Shown here piece by piece: positions 39,497 to 48,939 of a stretch of 64,000 nt of DNA. Numbering within the stretch: the stretch's first letter is position 1; every line of letters begins with the position of its first letter. Origin of the DNA: an uncultured virus (IMG/VR IMGVR_UViG_3300016486_001479) (taxonomy: Duplodnaviria > Heunggongvirae > Uroviricota > Caudoviricetes); the IMG/VR virus record IMGVR_UViG_3300016486_001479; one strand, 5' to 3'. Under the pieces are notes generated by a model. It saw only the letters and a program-made list of their open reading frames with translations, made no database searches and had not been told where the DNA came from. The position numbers and the translations under genes were made by a program.

Positions 39497-40321
39497 ATGC
39501 CTAGAAAAGAAAAGAAGTTTCATTACATCTACAAAACCACTAATACCCTAACGGGTAGATATTATATTGGGATGCATTCCACCGATGTAGTTGAAGATGG
39601 ATACCTGGGTTCAGGTAAGCGTCTTCGACGTTCTGTCAATAAGCATGGAGCTGAATGTCACTCCAGAGAGATACTTGAGTTTTGCAATTCTCGAAAGGAG
39701 TTGATTGATAAGGAAAAAGAGGTCGTGACATTGGAGGAAATTGCTAAGAATGACTGTATGAATCTAATGCCAGGAGGCAGAGGGGGATTTATCAGTGATG
39801 AGCATCAGAGGCATAGGTCTATTTGTGCTGCTAAAGCAGCTAAGAAAAAAGCAGATGAAAACCCGAAGTTTAAAAAGAAATGGGAGGAAGCTAGGTTAAA
39901 AGGATTAAAAAAAGCCTACAAAGAGGGAAGAATACCAAACATTCAAGACCATTATGATTGGTCAGGAAAAGAGCATACACCTGAGACAATTAAAAAGTTG
40001 AGAATAGTAAAGAAAGGAAAAGGAATTGGTAAATCTAATTCTCAATTTAATACTTGCTGGATTAATAATGGAGTTGATTCTAAAAAAGTTAACAAACAGA
40101 CTATTGAAGATTTCTTTAGTCAAGGGTGGGTAAAAGGTAGAAAGATGAAAGATGGGTTTAAAAACAAATTTAAGCTCTCACAGGAAGAAGTTAATAAAAG
40201 AAAAAACCTCATGTCTCATATTGATTTTAATAAAAGAGGTTGGGTGAAACAAGCTTGCGAAGCTTTGAATATGAAGCCTGGGGGAGTTAAAAGATTTGTA
40301 ACCACATATATAAGAAATTAA
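39497..40321 (+). CDS. free-standing GIY-YIG (Seg-like) homing endonuclease with NUMOD3-like motif
   Basis: YIYKTTN..TGRYYIGMHST....DGYLGSG; HTPETIKKL. Confidence 0.88.
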   Translation: MPRKEKKFHYIYKTTNTLTGRYYIGMHSTDVVEDGYLGSGKRLRRSVNKHGAECHSREILEFCNSRKELIDKEKEVVTLEEIAKNDCMNLMPGGRGGFISDEHQRHRSICAAKAAKKKADENPKFKKKWEEARLKGLKKAYKEGRIPNIQDHYDWSGKEHTPETIKKLRIVKKGKGIGKSNSQFNTCWINNGVDSKKVNKQTIEDFFSQGWVKGRKMKDGFKNKFKLSQEEVNKRKNLMSHIDFNKRGWVKQACEALNMKPGGVKRFVTTYIRN

Positions 40322-40323
40322 AT

Positions 40324-40397
40324 GGCTCCGTAATTCAATTGGACAGAATATCAGTTTTCTAAACTGAGGGTTCCGAGTTCGAATCTCGGCGGGGTCA
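40324..40397 (+). tRNA. tRNA-Arg(TCT)
   Basis: TCAGT-TT TCT AA-ACTGA cloverleaf. Confidence 0.9.
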
Positions 40398-40451
40398 CTT
40401 ATGGTTTGTATCGACCAGGTCAGGATTAACCTGACCAAACAGATACGATAC

Positions 40452-40534
40452 GCTGGTCCTACTTCATAGGTGAGAGAGACAGATTCCAACCCTGTCGCCT
40501 TCGGGATTTGTGGGTTCGACTCCTACGACCAGCG
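40452..40534 (+). tRNA. tRNA-Trp(CCA) with long variable arm
   Basis: GCTGGTC/GACCAGC, loop TT CCA AC, variable arm CGCCTTCGGGATTT. Confidence 0.7.
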
Positions 40535-40561
40535 CTAAAATTACAACGTTAGAATTAATAC

Positions 40562-40645
40562 ACGTCGGCTATTCATTGGTGAGACAGAGGGTCTCCAAAA
40601 CCCTTGCCCGTAAGGGATGTGCAGATTCGACTTCTGCTCGGCGTG
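40562..40645 (+). tRNA. tRNA-Trp(CCA) with long variable arm
   Basis: AGGGT-CT CCA AA-ACCCT, variable arm CCC-GTAA-GGG. Confidence 0.75.
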
Positions 40646-40688
40646 CTTATTTGAAACAAAACCCAATTGAATGCGTATATTTGCTTAC

Positions 40689-41690
40689 ATGAGAAAACTA
40701 GCAACCATTCGGAGAATAGAATCACTACATCCTATTAAAAAAGCTGACCGTATCGAACTTGCAAAAGTTGGTGGTTGGAGGTCAGTGGTCAAAAAAGGAG
40801 AATTCAATGTTGGCGACATGGTAGTTTATTGTGAGATAGATTCTTTATTGCCTGTGAAAGAAGAATTTGAGTTTCTTCGAAAATCTTGTTTTAGAGAATT
40901 GCCATATGGAGTTTCGGGGTTCCGATTAAGAACAATGAAACTTCGAGGTCAAATATCACAAGGCCTCATACTTCCTTTGTCAGTTCTTTCTTCAGGAGAT
41001 TTTAAAATTGGAGAAGATGTAACTGAGCAGTTACAGATAATCAAGTACGACCCACCTATTCCAAAAGAAATGATGGAAAGTGCAATTGGAGTTTTTCCGT
41101 CGTTTATTAAAAAGACAGAAGAGGAAAGAATTCAAAACTTAGATTCGGAGATAGAGCTTTTAAAGGGGCGAACTTTTTTCGTAACTGAAAAACTTAATGG
41201 ACTCTCGATGACAGTTTTTCATAACGCAAACGAATTTGGCGTTTGTGGAAGAAACTATCAATATAAAAAACTTGAAAGCAATGCTTTGTGGTCTTCGGCG
41301 ATAGAAGAAGGGCTAGAAGAGAAATTAAAAGCTTACGGTAAAAATATTGCTATTCAAGGCGAGTTGGTTGGGCCTGGAATCAGCGATAATCCATATGAGC
41401 TTGTGACAAAAGAATACCGAGTTTATAACATATTCAACATTGATGAATACGCATACCTCTCGAAAAAAGATTGTCAAGAATTAGCCACTCAAATGAGCCT
41501 AAAGTTAGTTCCACTTGTCTCAGCGTCTATGGCATTGCCTGAATCTGTAGATGCCATCCTAGAAATGGCTGATGGACCAAGCCAGTTAAATCCAGAGACT
41601 CAGAAAGAAGGAGATGTTTGGGTAAGCGGCGATGGACAAGATAGAGTCTCTTTTAAAGTTATTTCGAATCATTTTTTATTGGAGGAATGA
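40689..41690 (+). CDS. ATP-dependent RNA ligase (DRB0094-like)
   Basis: RKLATIRRI..I..ADRIE, YCEIDS, LRGQISQGL, TEKLNG, IQGEL.G, EG.V, SFKVIS. Confidence 0.9.
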   Translation: MRKLATIRRIESLHPIKKADRIELAKVGGWRSVVKKGEFNVGDMVVYCEIDSLLPVKEEFEFLRKSCFRELPYGVSGFRLRTMKLRGQISQGLILPLSVLSSGDFKIGEDVTEQLQIIKYDPPIPKEMMESAIGVFPSFIKKTEEERIQNLDSEIELLKGRTFFVTEKLNGLSMTVFHNANEFGVCGRNYQYKKLESNALWSSAIEEGLEEKLKAYGKNIAIQGELVGPGISDNPYELVTKEYRVYNIFNIDEYAYLSKKDCQELATQMSLKLVPLVSASMALPESVDAILEMADGPSQLNPETQKEGDVWVSGDGQDRVSFKVISNHFLLEE

Positions 41691-41709
41691 TTTTCGTATA
41701 TTTACATTT

Positions 41710-41781
41710 GGCCCCGTAGCTCAGTGGAAGAGCAATTCCCTTCTAAGGAATCGGTCCCAGGTTCGAATCCTGGCGGGGTCA
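41710..41781 (+). tRNA. tRNA-Arg(TCT)
   Basis: ATTCC-CT TCT AA-GGAAT cloverleaf. Confidence 0.92.
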
Positions 41782-41957
41782 CTAAATGCAAGAATGGAGA
41801 TTTATCTCCTGAGACGCCTAATGCTTTACACACCCTGGGTTCCTAGCCCAGGCAATGTGGTGCTAGTAAAGCTTCTTGTGTTTTTTAAAGACAGCAAATG
41901 AAACTTTTTTCGAAAAGCTCCGTATAATAGTAATATAAACAAAAACAAATAACGCTT

Positions 41958-42368
41958 ATGAAATCTTACGCATCTATTATCATTGTATTTATTTCAATGT
42001 TTTTTCTGCCCTCTGCTTTTGCAGCAGAACCCGTCTATAACGACGAAGAATCCATTGCCGTGTATGAACCCGTCGTTACAATCACTGCTCTAGGAGGAAA
42101 TGAATATCAAGTTAAGATTGAGGTCTGGCTGCCAAAAAACACCACAGGAGGCGTTGTTTCTAATACTGTCAATGGTGACACACGCTCTATTGACATCGAT
42201 ATTGTTGGAGGAGTACCTATCAACGGGCCTCATCTTGAAACTTATAGTTTAGTTGTTACACGCCTTTCAGGGGAAAACGAAATACTTACAGAAGTTTTTG
42301 AGTTAACACAAGGTAAGCCTAAGAAGAAGAAAGGGCAGACTGTTGTGGTTTATTCAGGTGTAATTTAA
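41958..42368 (+). CDS. secreted hypothetical protein
   Basis: Signal peptide ending AFA. Confidence 0.65.
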   Translation: MKSYASIIIVFISMFFLPSAFAAEPVYNDEESIAVYEPVVTITALGGNEYQVKIEVWLPKNTTGGVVSNTVNGDTRSIDIDIVGGVPINGPHLETYSLVVTRLSGENEILTEVFELTQGKPKKKKGQTVVVYSGVI

Positions 42369-42478
42369 AAATACTTGGAATGTAGGCTTGGAAGCAGCCA
42401 TCATCTAAAGAGTAGCGACGTGAGGTGTTAAAGGGACCATCTGAGAGCTTTTAGCGTAATAGCACACCGAGTATTTTT
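42367..42478 (+). ncRNA. stand-alone mimic of the 23S rRNA L11-binding domain (H43/H44)
   Basis: GGAATGTAGGCTTGGAAGCAGCCATCATCTAAAGAG...AGCGTAATAGCACACC closed by a 12-bp helix. Confidence 0.8.
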
Positions 42479-42491
42479 GGTATTATTTTAA

Positions 42492-42868
42492 CTGGCACTG
42501 AAAAGCCCATAACGGATGACAACTCCAAGGGTAGTTCCATCGAAAGATGGCGGTGTAGCGGGTGGAGATACAGTGACTCCGTAAAGAAATGGCACGATAG
42601 CTATGCGCCTCAGTTAAAGACCTTGTGTCGTCCTCTGCTCTGTTCCTCGGAACAGCAAGACGGTCCCGCTGGACAGAAGGCCTCTGATTCCAGCCGCTGA
42701 CATTTAAGAAACGGGCCCTAATAAATATCCCCACAGGAGGCTAGTGTGTCGTCGCATGAATAGAAGTGGGTAGTGCCACAGAGATGGGTAGTTGATGCCG
42801 TATCACGAAATCAGACAGGAACGATTCCCTGACAACAAGCGTAGCTCTAACCCTATTGTGGGGACATC
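42492..42868 (+). ncRNA. candidate structured ncRNA(s), unassigned
   Basis: GC-elevated stretch without a credible ORF; hairpins (CCATC-GAAA-GATGG) and closing helix TCCCCACA/TGTGGGGA. Confidence 0.45.
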
Positions 42869-42931
42869 TTAAAAGCAAGGCTCCTTCGGGAATGTGGAAG
42901 CATAAGTTCTTGTATTTGTTGGGTGAGATTT

Positions 42932-43015
42932 GGCCAGGTGGCAGAATGGATATTGCGCCAACCTCCTAAGTTGGTGTCCGAAAGGCACTTGTGGGTTCGA
43001 ATCCCTCCTTGGTCA
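42932..43015 (+). tRNA. tRNA-Arg(CCT) with long, Leu-like variable arm
   Basis: CCAAC-CT CCT AA-GTTGG; variable arm TGTCCGAAAGGCA. Confidence 0.8.
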
Positions 43016-43035
43016 CAAAAATTTTACCGTTTTGA

Positions 43036-43338
43036 ATGGAATACATAATACCTTTTCAAATAGTGCACATCAAAAGCAGGAGCTTCATTCATGAATATAA
43101 AAATCCGCCTGAATTAAGCGACCTGACTCCTGGAGATGTATTTTTGATAGAATCACAGTTGTCATCTATTGGGCCTCATAGTTTGCATCCTATAGTTTTT
43201 ATGGGTGGAGTTAAGACTCGTTCTATAACGCGCTCAGGATTTAAACTTACCACTTTCAAATATAAATTTCTAGGCACAGCAAGAGTAGAGGTTGGAAACA
43301 TGATAATGACAAACATATATCTGGAGACATGGCCATAA
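43036..43338 (+). CDS. hypothetical protein
   Basis: 100-aa ORF. Confidence 0.5.
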   Translation: MEYIIPFQIVHIKSRSFIHEYKNPPELSDLTPGDVFLIESQLSSIGPHSLHPIVFMGGVKTRSITRSGFKLTTFKYKFLGTARVEVGNMIMTNIYLETWP

Positions 43339-43551
43339 TCGGAGCTACTTATAATAAAACGATTTGGAAGACTTCCCATATTGCGAGGATTACCCTGGCT
43401 GCGACGAGTGAAACTTTTTAAAGTTTTATACGTATATTACAAATAAAAACTCCATGCCAAAGTTAAGATGGTTCATTCCCTTGGGGAATACAAAACTCAT
43501 GTAACGAGCTGTGGTCGGAAGAAACCGACTGCGGCTGTAACCACATGAGTC

Positions 43552-43809
43552 ATGAAAAACACGAAGAGGGCGTATCGACGCAACAAGAAACGAGTGAAGT
43601 TCGAAAAGCGGCTTAACGACTGGTTCTCTCACTGGGGTGATACTCCCTGGAAGTACGAGAACATCGAGAAAGCTCGCTTGGGAGAAGACTGGACCTTTCT
43701 GCGCACTACTTGGAAATCATGCAGTTGTGATGGGTGTTCACCTAATTATAAGCGGCCACCGAAGCCTAAAACCCAAAAAGAGATATGGGACGAATTATAC
43801 GACTGCTGA
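43552..43809 (+). CDS. basic small protein with CSC..CS motif
   Basis: 85-aa ORF. Confidence 0.55.
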   Translation: MKNTKRAYRRNKKRVKFEKRLNDWFSHWGDTPWKYENIEKARLGEDWTFLRTTWKSCSCDGCSPNYKRPPKPKTQKEIWDELYDC

Positions 43810-43916
43810 TTGTAGCAGTTGTCCTAATAACAATGTCAGGCTGCGCGTCGAAGGAAAGATGCGCAGCGTATGACGATATTCATCTGCAAGAGTAACATTT
43901 GCGTCTATTTATAGGC

Positions 43917-44279
43917 ATGAATAAGCTTAGAAGTCAAATACGCAAGGCGCTACTGGAAATTGAATTTCCTAGCCAGGATTACTCTCAAGAGAATGAGTCT
44001 ATGGGTACGCCAGTCATGATTGAGACTGAACCTCTTAAGGCGTTCTTGGACCAAGAAGGAATTTTTGGCATGGAGTCAGAACTTATATCCATACTAGAGA
44101 AGCAGCCTACTCCAGAGGTTAAGTCAGCTTTGGAATCAGAGATTAAATTTAAACAATCCAACAAACAAGTTGAAACACTTTCCGTTGAGGAAATGTTAAA
44201 CTTGTATTTGGAGTTGAATAATCTTCAACAATACTTTGGCGATATAATATCTTTTGCACACAACAGCTACAACGTATAG
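43917..44279 (+). CDS. hypothetical protein with LRSQIRKALLE motif
   Basis: Preceded by CTATTTATA. Confidence 0.65.
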   Translation: MNKLRSQIRKALLEIEFPSQDYSQENESMGTPVMIETEPLKAFLDQEGIFGMESELISILEKQPTPEVKSALESEIKFKQSNKQVETLSVEEMLNLYLELNNLQQYFGDIISFAHNSYNV

Positions 44280-44282
44280 CTT

Positions 44283-45403
44283 ATGAAAGAGATATCATTA
44301 GACCGTTCATTCAATCTTCCACACTACAATCGTTTAGACGAAAAAAGAATGGAAGGACTAAGAAAAATAGTACGAAAGACACTTTTAGAAATCTCTTCGA
44401 CTGAGTGCGATGGGTGTGCTTATTTTGATATGGATTCTATTTTAAAATATGTAGAATTTGAGTATCCTCTATATTCAATTTTAGAAAAATGGAAAACTGC
44501 TAAACTTGTTTTTATTAGCCCTAAACAGTACATTTACAAAATTGCAAGCGGCTTTGGAGGCCTTAGTTATGATGATGCTATGGGACCAGCTGAGCTTGAT
44601 GATAGAAAAAAGTAAAGACGTATGCTGAGGCAATGAAACAAGGAGATAAGTTTCCTATTGGATTTTACACAAAAGGAAAAAGCAATCAAGAAGGACGACA
44701 TAGAGCTATAGCAGCCATGTTGCTTGGGGCTAAATTAATCCCTGTCATTGAAAAAGTTGATTTATCTGATAAAGATGTTTCTTTTTTAATAGAAAAATGG
44801 AAAAACATGGAGTTCGAAGAGCTTAATCAGCTTTTTATCAAAATGGGTTTTGATGAAGGCATTTCCAGTCTAGGATATAACTCTCTTAAAAGGAGAGTTG
44901 CGAATAAAAAGAAAGAGAAAGGTATTGACTTACATGAATCTTCAATGGATTTTAGAACTTTTATTCACAAAGCAATTCACAGTGTAATTCATGGACGAGT
45001 TAAGAAAACTCACATGGTTATCGCTATGATAGAGGTTCATGACCCTAAAGAAGTGAACAAGCTAATAAAAGCCGCAAGAGAAGCCATGAGAGGCATGGGT
45101 GTCAAAGTTCCGTTCAAATGGAAGTTTCCACAAGGGTATCACATGACTGTTAAACTTGGTCAATTGCCTTTAGGCATTAAAATGCGTGGCGATGTAAACA
45201 AGGACATAGAGCTTAGCGTTGAAACACTAGGGATTAGCGATGACGCAATTGCTTTTGGGGTAAAGGGGTACTTTAGTAAAAATGAAATCCAACATATAAC
45301 GCTTAGATTTAAAGACGTGCCAAGCGCATCTAATAGTATTGAAAACTGGATTCCCCTGGCAAGTCCTTTTTCAGTAATAGGAACAGTAAAACAATTAACT
45401 TAA
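44283..45403 (+). CDS. ParB-like + 2H phosphoesterase protein (one gene split by probable A-run indel at ~44610)
   Basis: QEGRHRAIAA; two HxT motifs (YHMTV, QHITL); frames join as DDRKVKTYAEAMKQG. Confidence 0.65.
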
Positions 45404-45677
45404 TCATGCACGACGGAAAACTAGACCACTCAAAAGACAATGAGGAGGTGACAGCAAGGTTCACTTTATCTCAAGAAGACCGAGAAGGTTTTCAAAAAAT
45501 AAACTGTGACGGATGTTGCACAGGCATCAAGGTAAACGTAGACTCCTTCAATGCTCCCAAAGAGATGGTTAACCTTCTCACCACAGCTCAGCTAGTAAGA
45601 GCAATAGAGGAGCTTGTCGAATACCGTAACAGCGGACTTCGAGAGTAACCTTCTCCTACAATACCCGTATATAGGGC

Positions 45678-46229
45678 ATGAGTTATACAGAAATTTACAA
45701 GTTTAAGAAAGATGGTGACGCTGAGGAAATCGGCGAAGTCAAAAATGCTTTCAGAGGAGCTATGGCCATCTGGACCCATTTAGAAAAGAAATATCTCCCC
45801 AAGTTTATTCCAGAATGGGCGAAATCTATAGGCGAAGACCTAACTAAAGACTACTCTAGAATATCCTCAATGAAACAAGAGGACATGAAAGAGGTATGGG
45901 ATATTATCAAACACCCATACATCACCGATACCCACAAGATAGCTATGAACTCCACTTTCGACAATGTCGTTGTGAAGCGAGAGAATCTAGAGAAGCTAGT
46001 TTTGGCGTTCCGTGAGTTTGAGTTTGAAACATCGCTCAAAGAACAAGCAGATTTAATAGAGGAGGCTCTCAAAGATGACCCAGACCTGCTTGGATTGGGC
46101 TGGAATCAAACTTCTGTCAATGGAGACACTTGGGCAAACTCTGGTGAGTATAACGAGGAAACAGAGGAACATGCTTCTTATAATCTATTAAAAGAGAAGA
46201 AGCATTGGTTCATGTTTGACGACATGTAA
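45678..46229 (+). CDS. hypothetical protein
   Basis: 183-aa ORF after promoter motif. Confidence 0.7.
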   Translation: MSYTEIYKFKKDGDAEEIGEVKNAFRGAMAIWTHLEKKYLPKFIPEWAKSIGEDLTKDYSRISSMKQEDMKEVWDIIKHPYITDTHKIAMNSTFDNVVVKRENLEKLVLAFREFEFETSLKEQADLIEEALKDDPDLLGLGWNQTSVNGDTWANSGEYNEETEEHASYNLLKEKKHWFMFDDM

Positions 46230-47013
46230 CCAAAAAGTAGTATATTCGTATACTAAATTATAATGTCACTGTCACGCAAATATGGCCGCAACGGCAAAAC
46301 TTACCACGTAACTTTCTCTCCTGGAACAGATTCCACCGATAGAAAGAACTGGAAGTTTTGGGATAACATCGTAAATGGTGTTGTGCAGGAGGATTATGCT
46401 GATACAAAATTGTTTAAGGATGTATTGGCTCAACCTCCCATAGAGACTATTTTGGAGGCCAGCGTTTAAACGTTGGGAGCTAGAAGCGTTTGCTAATAAG
46501 AAGGGAATGACCCAAGAGCAATACCGCGAAGCAATTATTGGTCTAGAGGCAAAACGAGCTAATTATGGCAAGAAAAAGAACGTTTGAAACCTGGTCTAAA
46601 AGCGAACAGTATAAAACTTTACTGAACTGCATTCAATTCGCAGCAGGCGAAGTTACAGACAACGCCTCTATTTTAAATAAGTTCAAAGACCACAAGCTTT
46701 TTCGTCTTGCCGCGCAGCACAATAAACACGTGCGCCACAAAGATTTCGAAATATTAAAAACTATTACTGTATTCGAGCTGGTCCAAAACATTATTTCTTC
46801 AGAGCTTAAAGAGTCGTAACCTTTCATAGTCGTAACCTTTCATAGTAAACACCGTATATTACACTATGAACAGCATTGATAAACGTCATATTAAAATGGA
46901 AATTCAATACGGAATTATGGCAGCAGTCGGCTTAGAAAAAACAGACCCGACTTCTTCATGTCAAGCAAAGGAATCGGAGATGCCAGATTGGTGTCCCATT
47001 AAAGAAGAAGAAG

Positions 47014-47631
47014 ATGAAAGATAGACTCCAAAACCACAAGCGAGACAACCCAGGACACGCAACTCCACTAACGCCGAGAAACATCATCCCTTGGGAGAGA
47101 CTATTAAGAGACGCAAGAAGCATTTCACTCAGAGCGCACTTCATGCAAGACTGGAGCGGCTGGAACTACCAAGTTCATCTAGACCGAGTTGATGATGCAA
47201 TCTGTGATTTCGGATTCGGAGACAAAACCATACCTGGCTACAGACGAAGAGTCGCAGCAATCTTTCATGATATGATTGAGGATTGTGGTTGGACCTACAA
47301 TGATATTGTTGAGTTTGTCAACTCAACAATCGGAAGCTCATGGGGAGACCCGAAAGTGATTGCAGACATATGCTACGCTTTGACTGATGAAAAAGGTCGC
47401 AACCGAAAAGAGAGAAAACCAGATAAGCTTTATGATGAAATGGCTATCGAACGAGATTACATCGTTGGAAAAAACGCTGACCGTATTGTCAACCGAGAAC
47501 GCGCTGGAAAAGCGTCCCTTTACAACAAAGAATATCCTGAGTACAGGGCCAAGCTTTACACGAAAGGTCACTGCGATAATATGTGGACCTACATGGACGA
47601 GCTACATAGCTTTACTCCGCTGGTGGTGTAG
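47014..47631 (+). CDS. HD-domain hydrolase, RelA/SpoT-hydrolase (Mesh1/SAH)-like
   Basis: YQVHL, AAIFHDMIED, ALTDE, KNADRIVN. Confidence 0.75.
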   Translation: MKDRLQNHKRDNPGHATPLTPRNIIPWERLLRDARSISLRAHFMQDWSGWNYQVHLDRVDDAICDFGFGDKTIPGYRRRVAAIFHDMIEDCGWTYNDIVEFVNSTIGSSWGDPKVIADICYALTDEKGRNRKERKPDKLYDEMAIERDYIVGKNADRIVNRERAGKASLYNKEYPEYRAKLYTKGHCDNMWTYMDELHSFTPLVV

Positions 47632-47738
47632 TACATTGCTCCAAATATAGCTATAAAAAGTATTTCACAAGCCCCGTTTTTTGGGGCTTTGTGCTTATTT
47701 ATAATTGAAGAAACGTTCTTTGATTAATATTAATAGCT

Positions 47739-48053
47739 ATGGAAAAAATGCAGAAAATGTATAGTCCACAAATGTTTCAATATGAGGCATTTGACGAGAG
47801 TCCTTTTTTGGGAATCCGCGAAATTAAAAAAGGCGATATCTTTTACGAATGTGAAAGAGGCGTCAATGTTAAACTGGAAGCATTAAGCGACGCCAGGAAA
47901 ACAGGAAGCGGGTGGCTCTGTAAAGTTAAAACAAACGAAAAAATTATGACAATTTACAGCTCAACAACTAATATGTACGGGCCGAGTTTATATAGAATTC
48001 CGTACTATCTTACAACGAACGAAAAAAACCAACACGGATTTATCGTAGAATAA
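47739..48053 (+). CDS. hypothetical protein
   Basis: 104-aa ORF. Confidence 0.6.
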   Translation: MEKMQKMYSPQMFQYEAFDESPFLGIREIKKGDIFYECERGVNVKLEALSDARKTGSGWLCKVKTNEKIMTIYSSTTNMYGPSLYRIPYYLTTNEKNQHGFIVE

Positions 48054-48207
48054 GGAAAAATAAATATTTATGTAACCAAATTGCCTGTCCACCGTATACT
48101 GGTGTGACAGGCAATTTGCGTTTAAGACCTTTTTGCCGAACATTGTAACCTTTTAATTTTGTATTCGTATATTTAAACCGTAACGCATTTAACGAAATAA
48201 ATAAATC

Positions 48208-48927
48208 ATGGCAGAAAAGAGAAAATTGAGCTGGTTTGAATCCACTCTAATAAAAACGGGTCTTGCAAAATTAAGCGACCAAACTGTTCTCGGCGATAAA
48301 GCGCCGACGGGTATAGTGGAGCCAATTCCATCAGCGTCAACATTCCCTGCAGCAGATGGCGAAGTAAAAGGGATAGTTGACTCTGAGATTAGAAAAACAC
48401 TCGATGAAGAGCTTTTGAACTTTAACAACACCGACCCTCGAACTAAAGGAATCGACTTTTTTGAATTCAAAGAGGGACTAAAAATTGCTACTGGCGCAAC
48501 AGCTGAATCAAGGGCTGCAAATGCTTTTAAAACTGCTCAGGCGTATTCAGGTGGATTGCTCACTAAAGAGCGTTTGTTGAGCACTGCAAAATTGTATCGA
48601 GAAATCATTGAAGGAGAAGCTGATGGCTTTGAAGCTCATGTGAAAAACTTGATTGGAGAAACAGTTGGACAACAAGAGAACGAAGCTCGTGAACTTGAGG
48701 AACAAAACAAATCAATCAGCAGCCAAATCGACGCGCTCAACACTGAAAAAAATAAAAACATTGAGCGATTAAACACTTTGAAAGGTGAAATCTTCACTGG
48801 ACGTCGTAACATCGACCAAAAAGCAGCAAACTTTGAATCAACTCTGCTCGTCCTTGTAAACGAGCACAAACTAGCTGTTGAAGCAGTTGAATCACTACAA
48901 GATGCGGCTGCATCTGTTAACCACTAA
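48208..48927 (+). CDS. coiled-coil hypothetical protein (first gene of PspA/ABC operon)
   Basis: GIDFFEF motif, helical C-terminus. Confidence 0.7.
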   Translation: MAEKRKLSWFESTLIKTGLAKLSDQTVLGDKAPTGIVEPIPSASTFPAADGEVKGIVDSEIRKTLDEELLNFNNTDPRTKGIDFFEFKEGLKIATGATAESRAANAFKTAQAYSGGLLTKERLLSTAKLYREIIEGEADGFEAHVKNLIGETVGQQENEARELEEQNKSISSQIDALNTEKNKNIERLNTLKGEIFTGRRNIDQKAANFESTLLVLVNEHKLAVEAVESLQDAAASVNH

Positions 48928-48939
48928 AACCCGAAACAG

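Noticed and set aside
42367..42478. A real 23S rRNA gene
   Set aside because: Only ~60 nt of rRNA-like sequence, flanked by unrelated DNA; reported as a mimic instead
42728..42868. RNase P RNA or hammerhead ribozyme call
   Set aside because: No GAGGAAAGUCC P4 signature and no intact CUGANGA/GAAA core found by eye
46813..46844. 16-bp tandem duplication (and a 14-bp one at ~9738)
   Set aside because: Simple slippage or assembly duplications with no further structure
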